Source: Schmidtea polychroa (Eukaryota). Taken from it: a DNA stretch of 64,000 nt. The notes under the pieces were generated by a model. It saw only the letters and a program-made list of their open reading frames with translations. It was not told the DNA's origin and ran no database searches. How positions within the stretch are numbered: the stretch's first letter is position 1; each line of letters opens with the position of its first letter. A program made the translations under genes and the position numbers. Below are positions 13,203-25,200 of this stretch, piece by piece. The DNA lies in assembly GCA_044892525.1 (NCBI GenBank), contig CM097885.1:207762001-207826000 (forward strand), given 5' to 3'.

Positions 13203-14321
13203 ATTCTTTGTGATAACAAAAAATTTCGTTTAGTAAATTACTTATTGAGAAATATTGTTAAAAAATATATTTAAAAATAAAATTTATAATACTAATTATT
13301 TAAACAAGACTAACTTTTATCATTTAATCATTTAATACAAAGGAAATTTCCAATTTGAGGATGAAATCATTTCACTTTCTAAGAAAATATTGCTAAGAAA
13401 AATTTATGGGAAGAATGAAATTACAATAGAAATATTTAAATTTGGTAAAGTAATATAATATTAAATTAGGTTAATATAAATGAAATTGTATTGCTTAATT
13501 TATTCAAATTCAGTTACTGAGGAATTCCAAAAATAAGTTGTTTTATATTCAATTTAATTCAATCTTTGATTTCACCAAGAATATGATACTAATTCTCAAA
13601 AAATTAATGATTAATAACATTCATAAAAACAGATACCACAGGCATTGAGGTATACAAAATACATTTAACCTTGTCAGATTTCAGTTTAAAAATAAAATTC
13701 TACATTGGAAAGGAAACAATTCAAAAAGATTATATTTTTGATTGCATTAAAATAAAACTCATACATCTGTGTTCGTGGAATTATTTTTATCTCTATAATT
13801 TTTTATGCGCATATTTATCTTAGTCCTTGGTATGGATCAGTTCATATCAGTGACCGGCAAACCAGTTGCAATGAAGTGTAAAGAATGTATTTAAAAGTAA
13901 TAACCATTCAACGCGCAGTAGAATATTCACATGACAAGGAAAGTTAATTTTGAAACACCTAAATTTATTTACAAAGAATTTGCTATCCATTGATATTCTC
14001 AAAATTTAGGTTTCATTAAAATAGTTACTAGAGCAATAACCCCAACTAAAATTCCACAATACATGCGTGTAATGCTTATGTTTTACTTTGTGTAAAGAAG
14101 CGTTTTCGAGTTCTCTTTCTGTTTCTATAAAGCCTTATTCATTTATGTATGGTGTCCGTACCATTTATTTCTCCCAACCGTTCCATTTCGAAGCATAGGT
14201 TATCGTAATAATTTGCACTGATTGTATAATTCTTATTCATTTCTAATTTATCATAGCGAACAATCGATTTTTGTGAGTTGAGGGTGTCGACATTTACATT
14301 CTGAAACGTGATTCGCACTTT

Positions 14322-14461
14322 NNNNNNNNNNNNNNNNNNNNNNNNNNNNNNNNNNNNNNNNNNNNNNNNNNNNNNNNNNNNNNNNNNNNNNNNNNNNNNN
14401 NNNNNNNNNNNNNNNNNNNNNNNNNNNNNNNNNNNNNNNNNNNNNNNNNNNNNNNNNNNNN
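14322..14461. other. Assembly gap (N run)
   Basis: Run of N. Confidence 1.
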
Positions 14462-16690
14462 TTGTCTTTCATGTACATCTGTAGAAGTGTGCAAACGAGT
14501 TCAAATGATCCGTGCTGTTTGAAACTGTTCGATGATTCGTTCAATTTTTCTGTTAAATCCAAAACTTCTTTGGCCTTTTGAACATTATCACGCTCTTCTT
14601 TTAGTCGATTAACTTCCCCTTCATCGACCTGAATATCATTAACCGCCGCCTCGGGCGTCAGATCCTCTAATGCTGGTTTGCCCTTTTCTCAATTACTCAA
14701 CACTTCCGTTGTCTTCGGTTCCACAATTTTATCTTCGGATAATTTTATGATTTGACCAGCCCGGCAAGCCTCATCTTGCTTTCCCATGTATTCATTTTTC
14801 CTTGAATATTTTGTGTAATTCTAATGACGTTAACTAATTCGTTAGTTCCTCCAGAATTGAATATCTGCTATATCTAAATGACTCTGAGCTCCTTGCTCTT
14901 CATTAGATGTCTTACTCCTGTCGAGTTGTGTGTCCTCAATTCCCCGAAATGCCCGTAATTCGTCATTTACCATTTCAGTTACCGCAAAATAACTCTGAAC
15001 CAAATGCAAACATCTTGAAGCTTGATTTCTTTTGATCCTACCAAGATATATCCATCCGAGGGGCGTCAACCTTGCAACTGGTTCATCCTTTGCTCCTTTT
15101 ACTTCTCGAATAGATCGATGTAGATATGGATAGTCAGCGCCAATCAATACATCTATCTGCGTCCTTGTATTCAAAATTGGGAAGTTTATATATTTCAGAT
15201 GCTTCCATTTCGTCGATAACCTCCTCCAGTTACACATTTCCAGGTCTCCAGTGACCATTTTTACCACCAAAACGTTCAAATTTACTTTTAAATTGTTATT
15301 ATTACTTGCCAATAATACTGTTACTGGCTTCGTTTCCAAAATTTGCGATTGTCCACCAATCACGCCAACTGGAGTGCGTTGCCACTGTCCTCCAAACCCC
15401 AGTTCTTGCGCCGCCCAATCACTAATATAACTAACATTGCTTGCGTCGTCTAGCAATGCGTTGATCTTGATCTCTTTTCCTTTATTAATTAACTTTGCCG
15501 TAATAGTTCGTAAAGGAACATACAACTTCTGACTCTGTCTATTATGAACCGTCATTATTGATGTGTTTTCATTGCTCGGCTCTAGATTTCCATCAATTTT
15601 GTTCTCTGAGCCATGGATCAAATTATGATGCTTTCGAGTACAATCTCTGTTCTTACAAAAGCTCGGTTTTTCACATTTTCTAACCATGTGAGCTGTTGCA
15701 AGACAATTGTAACAAAGCCGCTTCTTGGTCACAAACTCATGTCGTTCCTTAACGTTCAGCTTTAGGAACTCTGAACATTGATTTAAATAATGTTATGATC
15801 CATATTTCACACAGATTGGTTCCCTTTTTCAAGCGCTACTAACTTCTATCTTTCGCCTACTATCCGTAAAATTCGTGCCCCTATTCGCATTTCCGAAGTT
15901 TGTTTTTGGTGTGATAGTTCTACCTTTTGTCCACCCTTCTCAAAACAGTATGTTCAATGCTTGCCGATGCCTATTAGCTTCCTTTTTGATCCAATCGGCT
16001 AAAGTTTCTACATTTGCTTCTCTCCCTGAATCACAATTGCGTGACCACTGAATTAACATGGTTTCTGGCAACTTCTTCAGCAATTAATGATACAACATTC
16101 CGTTGTTCAATTCTTCCTTCTCTCTTTTGGTCCTTCAAATTCAGGATGAGATTACCCAACAGCTCTTCAAACCACTCTAGGTCCTCCAATACGTTGAGTC
16201 TCACTGGAAAGAACCTCTGCACCTTGTCCAGCATCATAGAATATGATCTTTCTGGTCCCCCGTACCTCATCCAATAATTTCATTGCAGCTTCGAAAGCCT
16301 GTGAAACATATCCAAAATAGGCAACCAATTGCAAAGGCTTCCCTTCCAAATACAGTCTCAAGTACAAGTATTTCCTTTCGCTGGGTTCATCTGTGTCCTC
16401 GATGCAGGCTCTCACAATTGCTCTCCATCCAGGATACTCCATCACCCTTCCATTAAATATCGGAAGCTGTAAGGACTTGAATCCCACTATGAACTTCGGT
16501 TTTTCATTTTGATCTTCACTCTTAAATGATTTTTCTGTGACCTTCAGCGAATCCACTTTAAAACTTTCTTCCTTCTGCGTGAGAACCAGATCACCGATTC
16601 TGCTAAAATCCGCTTCTAATCGTTTCAGATCTGCTTCAATTTCCTTCACTTCTTTCTCTCGTCCTAACTCCAGAGCATTATTCTTCAGCT
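14462..16690 (-). mobile_element. BEL/Pao LTR retrotransposon fragment (gag, Zn knuckles, aspartic protease), degenerate
   Basis: LQLPIFNG...YPGWRA...KYLYLRLYLEGKP (Pao gag); CYNCLATAHMVRKC...CKNRDCTRKHHNLIH; ALLDDASNVSYI...DVLIGAD...ARLTPLGW (Pao protease region); several frameshifts. Confidence 0.9.
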
Positions 16691-16926
16691 CTTCGAATTT
16701 TTTGATGCAAAATTATGAAAATGTTAAATAAATCAACTTTAGTGTCAAAATGTGTTTTTAAGATATATTTAAGTTTTAAAATACCGCAACGTAATGTATT
16801 TATTCCTTGATTTTGATTGGATGGGAAAATATTCATTTTCTTTATAAATATAAGTTACAATTTTCAAATTCGTCACAATTATTTTTAAATTTTACAAATT
16901 TTCGACTAAAAAATTTTCAATTAAAA

Positions 16927-17400
16927 ATGAACGATCGATTAGATATTTTACGCGCCATGTTGGCAGGAGAAAACGGTAAATTATTTTATTTTTATTATTA
17001 TTTATTATTTTAGAGAATTTATTGTATGAAGTCACCGAGGCCGACAACTATAATCAAGATCTGCCAATTATAATTAGTGACGATGAAGAAGATCTTTTAT
17101 TAAGTAAATTTATTTTTAATATTTAATTGATTAAAATTACTTAGTTGATCAGTCTATTAATGACGGTGAAAATGTTATTGAGGACAATACCCGAGATATT
17201 ATCATGAATATCACGGGTAATTTATTTTATTTAATTAATGAATTACAAAAACTTTAGGTGATACCTCAAATGTTGGATATGCCCCAAATATTAATGATGT
17301 TTCTGATAACTATGCCCTCACATCTATTGAGGAGGAAATTAATCATGCCTCCGTTTCTTTTGGGATGAATCTGTAGATGATTCCGATATGGAATCAAAAT
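16927..17400 (+). CDS. Small multi-exon acidic protein (possibly pseudogenised)
   Basis: MNDRLDILRAMLAGEN followed by D/E/N-rich blocks separated by ~38-41 bp AT-rich GT-AG introns (the first at 16976-17013). No recognisable domain. Confidence 0.4.
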
Positions 17401-17477
17401 GTTAGTTATATTTTATTATTATTTTTAAAATTGATTTAAAATTGTGTTTGATAATTAATTTTGTTTAATAACCACAT

Positions 17478-17770
17478 ATAAATTATGGAAATGTTTCTTG
17501 AAATAATTATGAAAATGTTGAAAATAATGAAAGTGTTCCTGAAATTATTATGAAAATGTTGAAAATTATGAAAATGTTCCTGAAATTAATATGAAAATGT
17601 TGAAAATTATGAAAATTTTCCTGAAAATTATGAAAAGTTTACTGAAAATTATGAAAATGTTTCTGAAAATAATTATGAAAAATATGAAAATGTTCCTGAA
17701 AATGATGGTAAAATTAATAAGTTGTTATGAAAATAATAATTGAATAGAAATAATACTTTGAAAATATGAA
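17478..17770. repeat. Degenerate minisatellite (~12-21 bp units, AATTATGAAAATGTT[CC]TGAA)
   Basis: Motif repeated many times up to the gap. Confidence 0.9.
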
Positions 17771-17799
17771 TTGACAAACGTGGTTTGCATTCAGCACGC

Positions 17800-18096
17800 N
17801 NNNNNNNNNNNNNNNNNNNNNNNNNNNNNNNNNNNNNNNNNNNNNNNNNNNNNNNNNNNNNNNNNNNNNNNNNNNNNNNNNNNNNNNNNNNNNNNNNNNN
17901 NNNNNNNNNNNNNNNNNNNNNNNNNNNNNNNNNNNNNNNNNNNNNNNNNNNNNNNNNNNNNNNNNNNNNNNNNNNNNNNNNNNNNNNNNNNNNNNNNNNN
18001 NNNNNNNNNNNNNNNNNNNNNNNNNNNNNNNNNNNNNNNNNNNNNNNNNNNNNNNNNNNNNNNNNNNNNNNNNNNNNNNNNNNNNNNNNNNNNNNN
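17800..18096. other. Assembly gap (N run)
   Basis: Run of N. Confidence 1.
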
Positions 18097-18762
18097 ATTT
18101 TATACCTCTGATAATAATATTACAATAAATTATTACAATAAATTATCTAGATATTCCGATTATTATTTCGTTTTATAATTATTATGTAATAAAAACGGAA
18201 TAAGAATTGTTAATAAAGACGTTAAATATAAATGCAATTAACTATTAATATTTAAATTATTAATATATTTGATATATATTTATAATTCATCAGGTAAATT
18301 TTACCCACGCTACTGCATGTCATCAAATGATCATACAAATATATGCCATAAAAATATGAAAAAATACTACGGTCATAGATTCTATGGCATCAACTACTTT
18401 ATATGTCCAATATGCGAGACTTCCCCACAGCATTAAATATATAGAGTTTTATAATATTCACAAATCATATTTAAATCTGTTCTCTTTAAATAAAAAGAAA
18501 TTGTTTATTAAAATACAACAATCAACACATAATACCACAAAACCCATAAATACAAAACCTATAAATAATAATTATAATACAAAACATGTAAATAATAATG
18601 TAAATAATACTAATATAAATACGAATCTAAATACTAAAATAAATAATATTCTAAATAATAATAAACAGCCTGCTGTTAGTCTTGGGTCTTGTGTCCCCTC
18701 TAAAATTACTAAAATAGATCAAATAAGTGGTTTAAATAATATTCAAATAGGTGGTTCAGTAA

Positions 18763-20108
18763 ATAAATATTGATATCAATAACTTGTATGGTTGGGCCTT
18801 AAGCCAAAAGCTTCCGTATGATGACTTTGAATGGGGGTATGATGATCTTAATCCTGTCATAAATGAATATATGAACGAGGATATTGAAAATCTTCCATAT
18901 GGGTATACTATGGAAGTGGATATCAATATCAATCAGTGTGTGCATGAGTTTTTTAATGATTTTCCGATTGCTCCGGAAAAGATGTGTCCTCCAGATTCGA
19001 AAGTTGAGAAGCTGATGCTCACGCAGTGGCCGAAGAAGAACCATGTTCTTCATTGGAGGCTTCTCAAGTTGTATATAGAATTGGGGGCTATTATTAAAAA
19101 TGTACATAGGGCAATTAAATTTAAGCATGCACCCATTTTTAAATCGTACATAGACAAAAACACTAATTTGCGAGCCAATCCTACATGTGAATTATATAGA
19201 GATCTGTATAAATTATTTAACAATAGTCTGTATGGAAAATTCGTGGAAAACCTTAAAAAACGGATGAATTTGAGGCTATGCAATTCAACTGAAAAGAAGA
19301 TTGTATATGCTTCAAAACCTACTTTCAGAAAATCTATCAAAATTGATGATTATCTGATTGCGGCTCATCTGGATAAAGATTCTATATGTTTAGACAGGCC
19401 TAGCTACATTGGTCAAACAGTGTTTGATTTGTCTAAACTACGGATGTACCGGCTTCAGTATATCGAATTGGCTAAATATCGTTTAGAGTTTAACTGCGAT
19501 ATAAATATTGTTGCCAGTGACACTGACTCCTTTTTTCTTGAGGTTAGGTACTGTAAGCTTGACACTCTTTTACTGGCAATGATTCGTGACAATCTTTTAG
19601 ATACTAGCAACTATGACCCAACACATCCCTTATACTCGAGAAACCTAGATTCTGTGATAGGGAAGTTTAAAGATGAAAGTAAAGGTCTCGGGTATAAGGA
19701 GTGGGTTTTCTTAAGACCCAAGTGTTATAGTTTGTTAGGGACCAAAGATAATTTAAAAGCAAAGGGAGTCAAATTGATAGGGAGTGAAATTGGGCACCAG
19801 TCATATTTAGACTGCTACAACAACAGCGTAGTATATACGGTCACACAAACTAGAATAGGTACAAGAAATCACCAGATTCTTACGTTTAAAAATACCAAGA
19901 TTGCATTGTCAAACAACGAAGACAAACTATTATGGGTGGGTTAAATTCCAGTCTCGCATTTGGGCATTATTTAGGAATAGATGTCTTAGATGTTGATCAA
20001 GTAATTTCAGAAATTCGTCCATTATTAGGAGGATTAAGTCCAGATTTCAATGATGATGCCAATGATGCCAATGATATTGGTATAGATGACGTATTGTTAT
20101 CGAATTGA
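18763..20108 (+). pseudogene. polB: Protein-primed family B DNA polymerase, C-terminal part (Polinton/Maverick/adintovirus type)
   Basis: DINNLYGWALSQKLP (motif A), YKLFNNSLYGKF (motif B), ASDTDS (motif C), GKFKDE, LRPKCYS, KAKGV. No exonuclease half; the C-terminal SLAFGHY is frameshifted after 19944. Confidence 0.9.
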
Positions 20109-20990
20109 TCTGTGATTTAATATATCTTTAAAGACACTAATTTAAAATATCTTTTCATAATAAATTTATATAAATACCAGTAAAATTATATTGAGGGGGG
20201 AGGAAAAAAAGATCGTAGATTAGAAAAATCAAAAGGAGAAGTTAAAATTAGATTGGGAAAAATTTCTAGTTGTTATCTCATTGGATAAATTTCTGTTTAG
20301 TGAACATTCTGTATTCATTTTATTGATCGGAAGAAAAAGAAATTTACGAATCTTGTGGAAATTTAATATCACGACACTATAAACAAGCTCCAATATTCAT
20401 TGGAGTATTTGAGAAGAGAACAAAAGAAGAAAACAATTAGGATTCGTTTTGACAACCCATCTGTGGTTTCGTCTATCTACTTGAAGGAATTAAACAAAAA
20501 AAAATTAAATTAGTTAGTATTTATTGTTTTTTCATATCTAAATAAATATAAATATATAAATTTATTCCGTCACATAAAACGATTTTAACAAGGGAAACAG
20601 TAACGTCAGCACGTATCTTTTTGTGTTGTCTCGTTACGAATATAATTTAAAAAAGGATTAACCGATTTCTGGGTTGACTCTATCGCGTTAAAATTAGGTA
20701 AACTCCTTTATCTCTTTTCCGCTCACCTATATCGGGCTGTTGGCGCATTTAGGGCCAGCCTTGATTCTTAGTAATACTCTTTAGGGCGGTTTCTATAACC
20801 GTTTTCTGTTCTTTAGAAAGCAGCGTGATTAATTGTGTAATATAAACAATTGTGTAACAAATTATTTATTGTTAATAAATATTTAAATCATATTCGTTAT
20901 TTTATTTACCTACACGCGTTATAAATTATTTTGAGTCAGATAAAACGTTTTTGTGTTAGTTCGAATACATACCCATCGAACCTAACATTT

Positions 20991-21008
20991 TGGTGAGCCC
21001 GACGTGAT
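20991..21008 (+). promoter_or_regulatory. Primer-binding site, tRNA-Trp
   Basis: TGGTGAGCCCGACGTGAT differs by one base from the complement of the metazoan tRNA-Trp 3' end (TGGTGACCCCGACGTGAT); 3 nt after ...AACA. Confidence 0.85.
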
Positions 21009-21086
21009 AAAATTATCAGCGGGTAGAAATCGAAAGAAAACAAAATAGCGTTAGGAACTAGAGCCAGAGTAAAACTGGATAATCAA

Positions 21087-22223
21087 ATGGCAGAGGAAGC
21101 TAATGTAAATGCATTTGCCAGATATCCCGCTCTGTCCGTAAAGGCATTCAGCGGTGATCCGGGAGAATTCCCAGAGTTTATGTCTGAATATTATCAGATG
21201 GCCAAAGCATATGCTTATCCAGATAATATCATGATACAAAGGCTACCCATATATTTGAAGGGGCTGGCAAGAGAAAAATATAATGACATAATAGCATTAC
21301 CAGTTGCTCAAGCACCGAAAACATGGGCCGAAATGAGAGAACAAATGACTGCTCGAATATTGCCCGGAGATGCGGGAAGAATATTTAGACAACAATTTTA
21401 TCATCGAAAACAAAATGCCAATGAACCTTTTGGGGAATTTGCACACCAGCTATCATTAATTGCCGAAAGAGCATTTGGTCCAAAAACCACATGGGCAAAG
21501 CCAACAGAATTGTTAGTTAAGGGTCAGCTATGGGCAGGACTTACTCCTACAATGAGGAACGCTCTAATATTACATACTAGTGATGATTTCGACGAATTGA
21601 CCCGGAAAGCAGTCGTAATTGAAAGCAGTTTGGAAAAGTCAACTATGTTCCTTGTAAACAGTGAGAGAACACCGGTAGAGTGTTTCAATTGCTATAGAAA
21701 AGGGAATATAGCGAAAGATTGTACCAGCAGGAAAATTATGGACAATCGCAAAAGTATACAATGTACCAAATGTGGACGGAATAACCACGGTGCGGAAAAC
21801 TGTAGAGTACAGAATTTGCAATGCGAAAAATGTAAACGAAAGGGACATGTTGCTGCAGTCTGCAAGACTAGAAGCTTTCAGAACAGCAATAATTTTAGTA
21901 CGGTTAAAAGAGATGATGTAAATTCATCAGGAAAGATAAAATGTCACGGATGTGAGAAATTCGGACATATGATGAGGTCATGTCCTCAGAATCAGAGTGG
22001 AAACACGGGTCAGTTCAATAAAAATACCGATAAGGGTAATGGAAACAAGCCTAAGACGACTTTTATGGTTAACCAGGATCAAGGGTTAACTTATCTGCAA
22101 CAACTGGAAATGGAAATCCAGGAAGAAAAGAATAGGTTGGCTAGATTGACCGACCAAGAAGGCACCATCTTTATGGTAGAAGTTGGAAGAGATGAATTTC
22201 TCAGAAAAAAAGGACTCCATTAG
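21087..22223 (+). CDS. gag: Element A Gag (capsid + four CCHC-type Zn knuckles)
   Basis: FSGDPGEFPEF...RLPIYLKGLA...RKQNANEPFGEFAHQL; knuckles CFNC..GN...DC (His lost), CTKC...H...NC, CEKC...H...VC, CHGC...H...SC. Confidence 0.93.
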   Translation: MAEEANVNAFARYPALSVKAFSGDPGEFPEFMSEYYQMAKAYAYPDNIMIQRLPIYLKGLAREKYNDIIALPVAQAPKTWAEMREQMTARILPGDAGRIFRQQFYHRKQNANEPFGEFAHQLSLIAERAFGPKTTWAKPTELLVKGQLWAGLTPTMRNALILHTSDDFDELTRKAVVIESSLEKSTMFLVNSERTPVECFNCYRKGNIAKDCTSRKIMDNRKSIQCTKCGRNNHGAENCRVQNLQCEKCKRKGHVAAVCKTRSFQNSNNFSTVKRDDVNSSGKIKCHGCEKFGHMMRSCPQNQSGNTGQFNKNTDKGNGNKPKTTFMVNQDQGLTYLQQLEMEIQEEKNRLARLTDQEGTIFMVEVGRDEFLRKKGLH

Positions 22224-25200
22224 AGAGGGCCTTCAGGAATCAGAGGATTTCCAAGATGCCCAACTCAATATAAAACTCCCACAGGATAAAGAATATAATC
22301 TCGATATAAACGTGAGAAGTCGAGCCGATAAATTAACGGAAACATTGACAAGTATTAAGCATCAAGGATATGACTTATACTTATGTGGGATAAAATTAGA
22401 GGCAAACCAAACACTTCTACAGAACGGGATACTCCCAGGTAGAGTGACGAAGCTCACAGCAAAGAGAGCACCAAAGCCAGTGGCAGTAATGGATCAAGAT
22501 AGCGTATTCTTGATTACTCAAATGGAAATAGAAAGATTGGAGGAAACTCAACAATTAACCCAGCGACTATGGTTAGAACTGCAGAAATTACCACGGGATG
22601 GACAAACTATAAAGGAAATACTTGACTGGATGTTAGTATTACGAATACCAGTAGATTTGTGGGAAGCAATAATTCCACTTATACTACCAGTGGTAAAGGA
22701 AACAAGCCCATTCCAGACGCAAATCGAGGCACTGATGAGGAAAAATGGGAAAGCTATTCGAGGTCAGCCTCATAGACAAGGCAACATTAATCTAGACATG
22801 CGAATGATGGGAAAAGAACCATTAACAATGATTTATAATTGTTATATCAAGGTTAAAATATTAAGGATAGATGTGATTGCCACCGATCAAACTACAGGTA
22901 TATTCCTGATAATGGTCCACGGTAGGCAAGTGGATGATGATGAATATCTAGTGGATGTGGGTTGTCTACCGTTGGCGATAACCACGGTAATGATCATCCC
23001 AGTAACTCCACCAGAGTCCCAGTGGTCATTAATGAGACTGCCAGATATAGCAAACGAAATTGCGGAAGAGATCGAGGAAATAAGGCTAGAGGAAATTAAT
23101 CCCTGTCAAATGGTTGACATCGACGAGGAAGATTACTTCTCAGAGTACGTCAGATTAAACCCAGGAGAAACAAACGTAGGAGCTACTACGTCACAAGCGG
23201 TAACAAATCCGGAGACTGAAAAACCCCCGGAGAAAGTGAAAAAAGATGGACGAGGACGTCCTAGAAAGGATCAAATGAAACCTCCACCCAAGGAGCAGTT
23301 AAATCCGGAAACGATTCGGAAAATTCAGCTAAAAACATTAGCAGGGATAGCTCAAGAAATGGACGACCAGGCGGAAGATGAAACAACGCCAGAGAGGTCG
23401 TTATTGTGGCAACGTATACAACAAATGATCGGGATCATCAGGCCCGAATGGAGAATTCCAAAAATCAAGGGTATCGAAGTGAAAAAGATAATGAAGGAGG
23501 TCAAGAAGACAATGGATAGAGTATCCAAGTACGTATCGACAGGAGATATCCAGGAGGCCATAGAAGCATTCGTACAGCAAGGATTAACAAGAGGGAAAGT
23601 GGTAACATCGCTATCATTGTTAATTCAACAGGCCTTAGCCCGAGTAGGGGACGATAAAAGGCTTATAGAACGAGAAATCGATCAAATAGTCGAAATGGTA
23701 GATTATTACATGGAGGCATGGATGACCGTAAACAAATTTTGGGAAAAGGAAATGATCCCAAAACCAAGATACGAAGCCGTGGAAGAAGCCATAAATAATG
23801 GTAGTTCAGGCACAGGAAACATGACAAGCATGATCCTGATGTTCCTAGTAATGATGGGTATACTAAAACAAACAAATTCACTAACAGTATTCGACTGTGG
23901 AAATCCTAAACTATCTCGGATATATTCGCTAGTAGATGCAATTGAGTGCAAAGAGGCGTATCCAGAGAAGGTTCATCAAGGGGAAAAGGTAGAATATTAC
24001 GTCTACCAAGAGAGTGAATTTTATAGAACCACGATAAAGGAATGTAGAGTTCAGAGAGCTACATTCGAATATTATTGCGGTACTAATAGCTATTCTGCTT
24101 TTCTATCCGCAACATTAATACCAAGGCAGGTAAACATAATGCCCGAAGATTGCTTAGATGCATTTGTGAGGATAGACAACGAGGTATCAATCTCAGCAGA
24201 AATTTGGAAAACATTGGGAATAACAATCACTCGAGGAGGAACAATTGCCTCAGATGGAACCTGCGAAGGTAAAAAGAAAATTCGCGGTAGCAATTTAGTT
24301 TCCTATGTGGTAGACATAGAAGATTACTCAGTGGAATTACGAGAATACGAGGGAACATTCGATGTGGCCACAGGAAAATTGATGGCACATCCGCAATGCA
24401 ATGCCAAGTTCGGTAGTTGTAAAACGGGAACCACCACATTAATTTACGAACAAATGAGAGATCATTGTGAGTTGGCTTTCCTCAAGAAAATTCCTTTTAG
24501 AAAATTAAATGGAACTAAATATCGGGACTCCCAGAATCCAGAAAAGGTTTGGGATAAAGCAAAAACGTTGAAGAAAATCAACAAACAAGAGAAGGAAGAT
24601 ATCGGGGAGGAAAACACACTTTTAATGCTGATATCGGAAGACAAGACGGAAGCAATTCGATTTGTCCGAAAGGATAGAAAAACTAAATGTGGGAAAAGAG
24701 TATACGAGACGAACTACAAAGGAATTCTCCTGTCAAGAGAATATATTCGGAATTCCAAGATCCTACATGTAAAGGATATCAAAATCACGAATTATATAAA
24801 TAATAAAGTAGATTATTTATATCATGATTTGCAAGGGCAAATGCAAGATATGTATCAAGAGGTGATACTAAACGATTGCAAGCTAAATCGTGAAATAGTC
24901 CGAAATAGATTAGCAATATCTATCGTTAACCCAGAGTTGATTACTCCAATGTTATTGGAAGATGGAATGTTTGGTAGAATCATGGGAGAAGCTATATATA
25001 GCTATGAGTGTAAACTAGTGGAAGTACAATTAGCCAGATTTAATCAATGCACTCTAGAACTGCCAGTGTCTTACCAAGGAAAATTGAGATTTGTTATGCC
25101 AGTAACCAGAAAGTTACTTAAGGAAAACACTAAACCTCAACCAGCTATATGCAACCCGGCAATATCACCATTATACAAAATAAATGACATGTGGATATCT

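Noticed and set aside
14251-18178. ORFs spanning N runs (14251-14562, 14294-14494, 17771-18178, 17785-18111)
   Set aside because: Open only because of the gaps.
18384-18773. 129-aa Asn-rich ORF as the N-terminus of PolB
   Set aside because: Low-complexity AT-rich sequence with no exonuclease motifs, in a different frame.
20100-20987. Full 5' LTR of element A with a matching 3' LTR
   Set aside because: Only the right end (CCTAACA + PBS) is supported; no second copy of this sequence is in the window, so LTR length and TSD cannot be given.
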